Shown: positions 1-8,748 of the stretch, piece by piece
How positions within the stretch are numbered: position 1 is the first letter of the stretch
How the letters are laid out: every line of letters begins with the position of its first letter
NCBI GenBank assembly: GCA_000388065.2
Contig: KB932208.1
Length of the DNA: 11,648 nucleotides
DNA from: Fonticula alba ATCC 38817
Lineage: Eukaryota > Protista > Nucleariida
Direction: 5' to 3' (one strand)
Translations under genes and position numbers: made by a program
Notes under the pieces: model-generated
Told to the model about the DNA's origin: nothing
Database searches by the model: none
Seen by the model: the letters and a program-made list of their open reading frames with translations, nothing else

Positions 1-61
1 CCCCCTCCCCGCCGGTCGGTGCCCTCTTTCCTCCCCTCTCTGCCTCTCTCCTCCCGCGCAG

Positions 62-168
62 CCTCCTCCTCCTCGGTTGTGCCCGTGCGAGTCGCCATGA
101 CACAGCTCGCCGCCAAGACGGCCCCCGGCTCACCACGGGCCGATCTCGCCTTCAGCCTCTACGTCGAG
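62..168 (+). other. Exon-like block of unassigned gene (SSSSVVPVRVAMTQLAAKTAPGSPRADLAFSLYVE)
   Basis: Preceded by a pyrimidine tract ending cgcAG (60-61) and followed by GTACGC (169) and poly-C. Frame 1 has the GC3-rich codon style of the other exons. No myosin similarity is recognised in any frame. Confidence 0.5.
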
Positions 169-190
169 GTACGCATGTGCTCCTGGTTTC

Positions 191-199
<9 letters not shown>

Positions 200-255
<56 letters not shown>

Positions 256-278
256 CCCCCCCCCCCCCCCCCCCCCCC
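200..278 (+). repeat. Intronic poly-C tract (C53-T-C25)
   Basis: Directly visible. Homopolymer lengths in such assemblies are unreliable. Confidence 0.9.
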
Positions 279-317
279 TGCTTGCCACATGAACTCGGAC
301 CGACGAATGACACACAG

Positions 318-805
318 GCAATGTGGAGTTTACTTCGCCCTCCGTTCGCGATGACAAGGCCTCCATCACCGATACCTCGGCCGAGTCGCCCCTGGCTCGG
401 GCCTGCGAGCTTCTCGGGGTGGACCGGGCCCTGCTGGCCAAGTGGCTGATCTCGCGACGCATTCACACCGTCGGCGAGACCATTGTCAGCCCCCGGACCC
501 TGGTGGACGCCCTGGCGGCGCGCGATGCCCTGGCCAAGTTCCTCTACGCCCGGCTCTTCGACTGGCTGATTGGCTTCATCAACCAGGCGATCGGCATCCC
601 GGCGAATGCCACCGACGCCAGCGGCAAGAAGCTCAGCGCCGCCGAGCGCCGCAAGGCCGCGGCCAACCGGCGCTTTGTCGGCCTGCTGGATATCTATGGG
701 TTCGAAATTTTCAAGGTCAACTCCTTCGAGCAGTTCTGCATCAACTACGCCAACGAGAAGCTGCAGCAGGAATTCGTGCAGCATGTCTTCAAGCTGGAGC
801 AGGAG
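318..805 (+). CDS. MYO5: Myosin V exon (motor: GNVEF to FKLEQE)
   Basis: Acceptor cacacAG at 316-317. The exon starts GC AAT GTG GAG TTT and needs one upstream base (Gly). It contains ARDALAKFLYARLFDWL, LLDIYGFE and the relay helix. The TEDS-rule position 16 aa before DALAK is Glu. Donor GTGCGT at 806. Confidence 0.92.
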
Positions 806-3800
806 GTGCGTGTCCATGGCTTTGGCCCATGCCTCTTGTTCTTCCTCCCCTTTTCCCGCTCCCCCGGCTGTGGGCCTCCCTGCCTGCTGACTCGGCCTCT
901 CCCTTTCGCCCCTCCCCTCCGGCTCCGACACCCTCTCTCCCCCCCCCCCCCCCCCCCCCCCCCCCCACCTACCCCGCTGCTGGCGGACCCTCGGACAGAT
1001 TTACGTCAAGGAGGAGATCGAGTGGACGTACATCAATTATGCCGACAACAAGCCCTGCATCGAGCTGATCGAGGGCAAGTTCGGCATCCTGTCGCTGCTG
1101 GATGACCAGTGCCGACTGGCGCGCGGCAGTGACACCGCCTTTACCATGAAGCTGCATGAGCAATGCGGGGCCGCCTTCCCGAATCACCTGTCCAAGCAGC
1201 GCCTCGGCGGTGGCGATGACTCCTTCATCGTGGCGCACTATGCCCAGCCGGTGACCTACGACACGAAGGGCTTCCTGGAGAAGAACCGCGATACCGTGAC
1301 CGACGAGCTGCTGGAGCTGCTTCTGGCCTCCAGCGACTCGTACGTGCAGCTGGTGACCAAGGGCGACGGGTCGGACGGCCTGGTGGTCGCGGCCCCGGCC
1401 AATGGCCGTGGCGGCCTGGCATCGGCCAACAAGCTGACACTCGGGTCCATCTTCAAGGTGCGCACGCCTTTGGGCGTTTCCTGTGCCGGCGGCCGCCTGC
1501 CGGCGCCGTATCTTGCCCGTCCGCGCCCGCGCCGGCGCCCGCGCCCGCGGCCAGCCGCGCTGCCTCGTGTTTGCCCTGGAGCCTGACCATTTCGTGCTGG
1601 CCCTTGCGTGTGCCTTTTTCACTTGGGGCCCCCCTTCCCCCTCCTCGTCCCCCGGCTGCCGCCCCCTCGGCCTTCGGCTCGGCCGTCACAGAACTCCCTC
1701 AATGACTTGATGACCACCATTCGCGGCACGACGTCGCACTACATCCGCTGCATCAAGCCCAACGAGCAGAAGGCCGCATTTGTCTTCGACTCGGCCATGG
1801 TTTTGCAGCAGCTGCGCGCGTGCGGTGTGCTGGAGACCATCAAGATCAGTGCCGCGGGGTTCCCCTCGCGTGGTGACTTCTCCGAGTTCACCGACCGGTA
1901 CCAGCTTCTGCTGTCGAGCGACCGGTGGTTCGGTAAGCGGACCCCGGCGCTGGCCGACATGCGCACCATCACCGGCGACCTGCTGCGGCTGGCCTTCGGC
2001 GACGATGCCGAGGGCGCGGACAAGTATCGTGTCGGCAAGACCAAGGTCTTCCTGCGCGCCGGCCAGCTGGCCATCTTGGAGAAGATGCGCTCCGACAAGT
2101 TGAAGCGCGCGGCCGTCAACATTCAGCGCATGGTCCGCGGCTTCCTGGCGCGCGCGCACTATGTTCGACTGCGCCCGGCGGCGATTCATGCCCAGCGTCG
2201 TACGTGGCCATACCCCCCCCCCCCCCCCCCCTCCGCACCACTTCGTTGCTTTTTGATTCCCCCGGTGTTGGTTTGGCTTTTGCTCTTTGCCCCTTTTTCG
2301 CCCCCCCCCCTCCCCTTCCCTGTCATACTGGCTGCCTCTCCCCTCCCCCTCGGGGGTCGCTGCTGCCGGGGAGCAGCAAGGGCGAGGGCGGCCGCGGCCA
2401 GGTGGCCGCCACCATTCACATGTGACTCACCCGTCCTTTCGGTGCCTGCCCGCGATGATGCACACGCAGTCTTCCGTGGTCTTCAGGCCCGGCGTCTCTA
2501 TGCCAACCTCCGTCGGGAGCGTGCCCTGGCCACCGTGCGCCGGTACATCCTGCGGAAGGTGTGCCGGCGGCGCTTCCTGGCCCAGCGCCAGGCAGTGGAG
2601 CAGCTGCAAATGGCCGCCCGCTACTACTTCTCCCTGACCTTGCGGCAGTCGATCCGGCAATTCCGCAAGGCGGTCATGATCCAGGCGGCCGTGCGCGGGT
2701 GGCTGGCTCGCCGGCAGTATCTGCGCGAGCGTCGGCAGATCATCCTGGTGCAGAATCTCTGGCGCCGGCGGGTGGCCCGGCAGGCCCTGCGTGCCCTGCG
2801 CATGGAGGCTCGGGACATTTCCAAGATCAAGGAGAAGTCCTTCAACATGGAGCGCAAGGTGCTGGAGCTGAGCCAGCAGCTGGCCTCGCGAGAGGACGAG
2901 GCGCGCCGGCGTGAGCGCGAGCTCGAGCAGGCGCGCGAGCGCCTGCAGCAGGAAGCCGAGCGTCTGGAGCGCGAGCGCGAGCGCGAACGCGAACGCGAGC
3001 GTCGCCAGTGGGAGGAGGAGGCCCGTGCGGCGGCCGAGCGCGCCGCCGCCGAGGAGGCCGCTCGCCTGCGCCAGGCCCAGGCCGAGGCCATTGCCCGGGC
3101 CGAGGCCGAGGCCGCGGCCAAGGCCGCCGAGCAGGCCGAGGCCCTGCGCCAGCAGGAGGCCGAGCGCGCTGCCGCCGCGCAGAAGGCCGCCGACGAGGAG
3201 GCCGCCCGCCTGGCTGACACCCAGGGCCGCCTGGCCGCCGCTGAGGCCCTGGTCGAGTCCCTGCGCCAACAGCTGGCCGAGCAGACCCAGCGCCATGCCA
3301 GCGAGACCAGTGCCCTGTCGGACGAGGCGGACCTGCTGCGCCAGCAGCTGGAGATCCTGATTGGGGTATGTGCCTGCTCGTCCTTCCTTCTTGCCCGTCC
3401 TTCTTCCTTGCTCGCGCCTCTTCCTTGCTCGCCCTTCTTGCTTTTCTTTTCCCCCTCCTGGCCCAAGCAATGGCGATGGATTGCCCGCCAGTCGGGACAT
3501 CTGACACATGCTGGACTCTGTTGTCCCTCCTAGTCCCATCACCTGGCTGACCCCCCCCCCCCCCCTGGCCCTGTGCCATGCGTGGCCCCCTTTCAGTATA
3601 TCCAATACCGCCCGGCCGAGTGCGATCCCCTGGTGGAGCCGCTCCTGCTGGAGAAGCCCATCCAGCCGGAGGGCACCATGCTGGTGACCATGGTACCGGA
3701 GCCCGCGGCCTCGGCCGACGACTCGACGCCCACCCTGTCGGAGGGTCCGTCGGACGGGGGCGCCGGCGGCGGCGCCGCACTCGGCCAGCCGGAGCCCTCG

Positions 3801-5147
3801 CTCCTGGACATGACCGACTCGCCGTCGCTGGTGGACATCTCGGCCCTGGTGGACAAGGCCCTGGAGCCGGAGCAGACGGCGGAGGAGCGTGCCGCCGAGG
3901 CCCGGGCCAATGCCAAGCTCCTGTTCACGGCGCAGATGGCCGCCGCCGTGCGGTCGCTCTCCCCCTGCTGGATCGAGCTGAAGGATGTCACCAACCAGGT
4001 GAACCTCATCATGACCAGCGAGCTGGAGCGGGAGATCTCGCAGAAGCTCATCACCAATGCCCCGATTCCGACCCTGTCGGCCGAGGGCGGCTCCGGGACC
4101 ATCCCCCCGGAGAGCATCCTCTACCCGTCGAACATGATCGGCATCATCTTCTCGGCTTTGCTCATGTCCGGCGAGAGCAAGCGCCTGACCAACTTCAGTA
4201 CCGATGTCGTGCACCACATCCTCAAGGCCAATGTCGACTCCGGGGCCACGGTCCGGACCCATGTCTTTTGGCTGGCCAACTCGCTGGCCCTCTACAACTT
4301 GACGCTCTGCTTGCGGCCCTTCGTCCGGACACTGGCCCCGAACTTGGCGCAGATCGCCAACAAGATTGTCCGGCAAATTACCCAGGAGCTGGGCAACCTC
4401 TGTAGCAAGGTCTTCCAATTTGTGGTGGCCAAGTTCCAGGAGCGCGTCCGGCCGGTGCTGGTCCCGGCGGTGCTGGACTACCAGGAGTCGGCGGCGGCGG
4501 CGGCCCGGCCCAGCGGCTTCGGCTTCTTCCGCAGCCCGGCCGCCACGCAGCGGCTGGCCCCGAGCACCATCACCACCCTCTGGTCGGAGTTCATTGGCTG
4601 CTTCCAGAAGTTCCACATCGACGACTCGGTCACCCAGCAGTTTGTCAGTGCCGTGGTCTTTAGCGTGACCACCGAGCTCTTCAATACCATGATGCGCGAG
4701 GGCAAGTACTGCTCCTCCATGCAGTCGATCCACATCCGGGAGAATGTCGAAGTTCTCCGGCGCTGGTGCGTCAAGCAGGGCTTCAATGACATTGTTTTCC
4801 ACTTCCTGCCCCTGCTGCAGGCCCTGCAGGTGTGCAAGCTCCAGGTCAAGTACTCCACCGACATCGAGGCCATTGTCGATGAGTCGCCGCTGCTGAATCA
4901 GCGGCAGATCCTCCACCTGCTGCTGGTCCGCGACCGGGTAGACATCCAGCACTCGGTGGATCCGAGCCTGCTGGAGGATCTGCGCTTGACCACGGTCGGC
5001 GCGTCGCAGCAGTCCGGCTCGGCGCTGGAGATTCTGATGGACACCAACAACCACCAGAACTTCATCACCCCCAACCCGTCCCAGGTGCAGCGGCTTTACT
5101 TCTACCTCCCGCCGGGGGTGACGCTGAACCACATCAGTCACGTTTAG
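318..5147 (+). CDS. MYO5: Class V myosin heavy chain, 5'-partial, spliced: join(318-805, 999-1457, 1692-2199, 2470-3365, 3597-5147)
   Basis: The spliced translation has GNVEF, RDALAK, switch II LDIYGFE, relay NSFEQFCINYANEKLQQ, HYIRCIKPN, SH1 QLRACGVLETIKI and converter GKTKVFLRAGQ. These are followed by six IQ motifs spaced 23-25-23-25-23, a coiled coil (EARDISKIKEKSFNMERKVLELSQQL) and a C-terminal DIL-like domain. All four internal introns are GT..AG and phase-compatible. The N-terminal motor half (P-loop, switch I) is not in the window. The symbol denotes the family, not a proven orthologue. Confidence 0.93.
939..966 (+). repeat. Intronic poly-C tract (about 28 C) in myosin intron 806-998
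   Basis: Directly visible. Further C runs lie at 2213-2231 and 3551-3565 in other myosin introns. Confidence 0.9.
999..1457 (+). CDS. MYO5: Myosin V exon (motor: IYVKEEIEW to LGSIFK)
   Basis: Acceptor gacAG at 997-998. The join gives FKLEQE|IYVKEEIEWTYINYADNKPCIELIEGKFGILSLLDDQC, and the exon also has FIVAHYAQPVTY and FLEKNRD. Donor GTGCGC at 1458. Confidence 0.93.
1692..2199 (+). CDS. MYO5: Myosin V exon (motor end, converter, IQ1 and start of IQ2)
   Basis: Acceptor cacAG at 1690-1691. Encodes NSLNDLMTTIRGTTSHYIRCIKPN, LRACGVLETIKISAAGFPSR, GKTKVFLRAGQ and IQRMVRGFLAR. Donor GTACGT at 2200 (phase 1). Confidence 0.93.
2470..3365 (+). CDS. MYO5: Myosin V exon (IQ2-IQ6, coiled coil, E/R/A-rich helix)
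   Basis: Acceptor gcAG at 2468-2469. The splice restores IQ2 (AQR|LFRGLQAR), and the exon contains IQAAVRGWLAR and VQNLWRRRVAR. Donor GTATGT at 3366 (phase 0). Confidence 0.9.
2967..3005 (+). repeat. Coding (GAGCGC/GAACGC)n hexamer repeat encoding [13 protein letters not shown]-like run
   Basis: gagcgcgagcgcgagcgcgaacgcgaacgcgagcgtcgc, in frame in the myosin tail. Confidence 0.9.
3597..5147 (+). CDS. MYO5: Myosin V last exon (linker + globular cargo-binding tail with DIL domain)
   Basis: Acceptor tttcAG at 3595-3596, open to TAG at 5145-5147. The segment QQFVSAVVF...LFNTMM...CSSMQSIHIRENVEVLRRW...PLLQALQV...LNQRQILHLL (about 4635-4923) follows the DIL pattern (LFN.L..CS...QIR.N...LEEW, L...Q...LL). 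Confidence 0.88.
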   Translation, partial: YIQYRPAECDPLVEPLLLEKPIQPEGTMLVTMVPEPAASADDSTPTLSEGPSDGGAGGGAALGQPEPSLLDMTDSPSLVDISALVDKALEPEQTAEERAAEARANAKLLFTAQMAAAVRSLSPCWIELKDVTNQVNLIMTSELEREISQKLITNAPIPTLSAEGGSGTIPPESILYPSNMIGIIFSALLMSGESKRLTNFSTDVVHHILKANVDSGATVRTHVFWLANSLALYNLTLCLRPFVRTLAPNLAQIANKIVRQITQELGNLCSKVFQFVVAKFQERVRPVLVPAVLDYQESAAAAARPSGFGFFRSPAATQRLAPSTITTLWSEFIGCFQKFHIDDSVTQQFVSAVVFSVTTELFNTMMREGKYCSSMQSIHIRENVEVLRRWCVKQGFNDIVFHFLPLLQALQVCKLQVKYSTDIEAIVDESPLLNQRQILHLLLVRDRVDIQHSVDPSLLEDLRLTTVGASQQSGSALEILMDTNNHQNFITPNPSQVQRLYFYLPPGVTLNHISHV

Positions 5148-5505
5148 AGGTGGCTGGGTTTTTGCATGCGCGCTTCGCCCGGGTGTGCATGTGCATACTT
5201 GCTCTTTCTCCCTCCCCCCCCCCCCCTGCCAATACATATTTATATTCTCGAGACAGGGGCACTGGAGCAGCAACGGCCGAGGGGATGGGGCCTCTCTCCC
5301 CATTGTCGCTGCCACCACCACCACCACGAAATGCAGGACCCATGGATGCTGATCGGGGGGCAGGACGGATGAGGGGGGTGGAGGGGACTTCCGGCCAGGT
5401 GGCAGAGCGTTAGGACATTGCGCAAGGGGGGGGGAGGGGACCTTGGAGGGGACATTCTTATCTATTGGGAGGAGAGGCAGCAGACGCCGTGCAACGGGAT
5501 GTGGG

Positions 5506-5845
5506 NNNNNNNNNNNNNNNNNNNNNNNNNNNNNNNNNNNNNNNNNNNNNNNNNNNNNNNNNNNNNNNNNNNNNNNNNNNNNNNNNNNNNNNNNNNNNNN
5601 NNNNNNNNNNNNNNNNNNNNNNNNNNNNNNNNNNNNNNNNNNNNNNNNNNNNNNNNNNNNNNNNNNNNNNNNNNNNNNNNNNNNNNNNNNNNNNNNNNNN
5701 NNNNNNNNNNNNNNNNNNNNNNNNNNNNNNNNNNNNNNNNNNNNNNNNNNNNNNNNNNNNNNNNNNNNNNNNNNNNNNNNNNNNNNNNNNNNNNNNNNNN
5801 NNNNNNNNNNNNNNNNNNNNNNNNNNNNNNNNNNNNNNNNNNNNN
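5506..5845. other. Assembly gap (340 N) between the two convergent 3' ends
   Basis: Run of N flanked by G and C homopolymers. Confidence 1.
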
Positions 5846-5891
5846 CCCCCCCCCCCGCCTCCCTGCTCGGCTTCTGCCCGTGTGTCCCATT

Positions 5892-6072
5892 TTACTTCTT
5901 CTCGGTGGGGTAGAACTTCTTGCCCTCCTTGGCGTACTGGACAACCAGCGGGCAGGGGGTGAAACGCGGGCCATACTGCTTGGCGAAGCGGTTCATGGTG
6001 TCGACGAAGTTCTGAGCACCGATGGTGTCGATCATGCGGAAGGGACCGCCACGGAAGGGCGGGAAGCCAAGG
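5892..6072 (-). CDS. HADHA: HADHA last exon ([11 protein letters not shown] to FYPTEKK*)
   Basis: Acceptor gcgTAG (6075-6073). GG|C reconstitutes the Gly of FGLGFPP. Encodes [11 protein letters not shown] and ends at TAA 5894-5892. Confidence 0.92.
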
Positions 6073-6569
6073 CTACGCATTTTGAGGCCATGACGAGGCG
6101 CGAGCCAGGAGCCCGAGGGGGGGGGAGGGGGGAAAACGGTGAGTTGGACAGACATCCCGCCGGGGAGGGGAAAAAAAAAAAAAAAAAAAAAACAAGCGGC
6201 AAGCACCGGAGCCCGAGCAAGAGCCCCAAGTGAGCAGGGGAGGGGGAACAGCGAGAAAAAAAAACGCACCCGAACACGGCACCCATGTCACCATCAAGCG
6301 GATCGGAGAGGGTCCCATCCTCCAGGCAGAAGAGGGCCTCATTCACCAGACGGTAGGTCATGCGCAGGGGGTAGTCCTCGGGCGAGGAGTCAGCGGCGGG
6401 ATCAACTGGATGGGTGTCGTAACGACAGGCGGGCGAGGGGCGGGGCGAGGCCGGCGAAAGGTTAGACATGTGCATGAAGGCCCCCGAAAGTGCCGCTCCC
6501 CACGCCAGAGCGCAAGGGCCGTCTCCCTGTGGGACGAAAGAACAGCCGAAAGGAAACGCCGGGAGGGGC

Positions 6570-6614
<45 letters not shown>

Positions 6615-8708
6615 AGGGGGGGGGCAAAAAAGCACACGCAAAACGACGCACCCTTGTACTTGGCAACAATGGCCATGGCCTCGGGGTGGGTCTCCTTGCC
6701 GTTCTTGCCCTTTGGCATAGTCGAAGAAGCCACGACCGGACTTGCGGCCCAGGAAGCCGGCCGCCTGCAGGTCCAGCAGCATCTGCGTGCTGGCGCCGGA
6801 CATGCGCGCGCCGAAGGCCTTCTCCAGGGTCGGCTGGATGCGGTTGCCCACATCGATGCCCACCTCGTCGAAGAGCTTGATCGGCCCAACCGGGAAGCCG
6901 TACTTCTGCATGGCGCGGTCGATGTCGGCCACCGGGACGCCCTGCTGCAGCAGCAGGCCAGCCTCATTCATCATGGGGGACAGAATGCGCGTGGTGTAGA
7001 AGCCCGGGCCGTCACGCACGACGATCACCAGCTTGCCCTGCTTGATGCCGACCTCCACCGCGGCGGACTTGGCCTCGGCCGAGGTCTTGTCGGTGGTGAT
7101 CACCTCCAGGAGCTGCATCTTGTCCACCGGCGAGAAGTAATGCATGCCGACCACATTCTCCGGGCGCTGGAGCCCGGCGCAAATGTCCCGGATGGGCAGG
7201 GCCGAGGTGTTGGAAGCGATCACGGTGTGCGGCTGGACCAGCTGCTCCAGATGCCCCAGCACACGGTGCTTGAGAGACAGGTCCTCGAAGACCGCCTCGA
7301 TGACCATGTCCGCGCTGGCCAGCTGCCGGTCGGCCCGAGCCGCATCCACATCCGTCACACCGGCCAGCCGGGACATCACGGCGTCCGACTCGACCTTGTT
7401 CATCTGCCGGCGCTTGACCTTGGTGTCGAGGTTGCCGCGAATCTGCTGCATGCCGCGTGCAAGCCCGGCGAGATCGCGGTCCTTCAGGACCACATCGAAG
7501 CCGCGCTCGAGGGAAACCTACACGGGGGCGGGGGGGGGGGGCGAAGGCGGAGGTGAGGGGGGTGGGAGGGGGGACGGGAGGAGAGGCACGGCGCAGGGCC
7601 GCATGGCGGAAGGAGGAGAGAGGGAAGCGCGAAACCCGGCACGGGGCCCTCGCATGTCGGCACAGGGATCCGACCGCGGCCGAAGGACGACCGGGCCCGC
7701 GCGGCAGGACCGCCCAAACACGCACCTGGGCAATACCGGCGCCCATGAGACCGGCACCCAGGACGCCGATCTTCTTGTACTCGCGGCTGGGCTTGCCAAA
7801 GCGATTCTTCTTCAGGGCCGTCTGGCCGAAGAAGAGCGACACCAGGGCCCGGCTCTCGGGGGTCATGCCGAGGTCACCAAAGCGCCGGGCCTCCGACGCC
7901 AGGGCCACGGCCTTGGAAGCGGTGCACGCCTCCTCCACCTGGGCCAGGATGGCATCATGCGCCGGGTAGTTGCCGTGGGTCTTCTTGTAGGTCTGCTTCT
8001 TGGCGGTCTGGAAGAAGAACTTGCGCGCGAAGGGAACCCGCTCGACCACCTTGTCCAGGGTCGAGGCATTGTGGGGGTCGGCTCCGGGGATCTTGCCGGT
8101 GGTCTTGGCCTGGTCGGCCAGGCTGGTGGCCATCTTGATGGCCGCCGACTCCAGGGCAAATGGGTCGGCCACCGAGTCGACGAGCTTCAGCCGGCGAGCG
8201 CGGTCCGGGCGGACCGACTGCCCGGTCAGCAGCAGGGGCAGCGCATTGGACAGGCCAATCTGGCGCGGAAGGCGCCAGGTGCCAGCCGACCCGGGAAGAA
8301 GGCCGAGCATGACTGAAAAGACGGCAGAGGCCCCAGCAGGGCAAGAGGGGAGAGAGAGAGTGAGAGGGGCGGGGGGAGCGAGCGGAAGAGAGGATCAGCG
8401 CATGGCCATCGCCGGCCGGGCGGAGCAAGAGGACCCCCGGAGGGAAGACGCACCCTCCGGCAGGCCGAGAGTGGTCTTCGGGTCGGAGGTGACCACACGG
8501 CTATGGCAGGCCAGGGCCACCTCGAGCCCACCACCGAGGCAGGTGCCGTTGATTGCGGCCACAATGGGGATCTTGTTGTTGGCGATGCGGTCCATGATCT
8601 GCTGGCCCCCGGCGGCGAGCTGCATGGTGTTCACATGGAGGGCAGACAGAGGCACGGAAGGGAGAACGGGAGGCCGAAGATGTCCCCCATCAGCGAATGG
8701 CAGGGCAT

Positions 8709-8748
<40 letters not shown>

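Noticed and set aside
19-462. Poly-Pro / poly-Gly ORFs (formin- or WASP-like at first sight)
   Set aside because: They are translations of the intronic C homopolymer. Real poly-Pro coding would vary at third positions.
2200-2469. Myosin intron of 270 nt with no in-frame stop (possible retained-intron isoform)
   Set aside because: C-rich introns are stop-poor by composition, and retention would insert 90 aa into the middle of IQ2. There is no supporting evidence.
2427-5327. 966-aa ORF on the - strand
   Set aside because: Antisense shadow of the GC3-biased myosin exons. It has no recognisable domain and crosses introns as low-complexity sequence.
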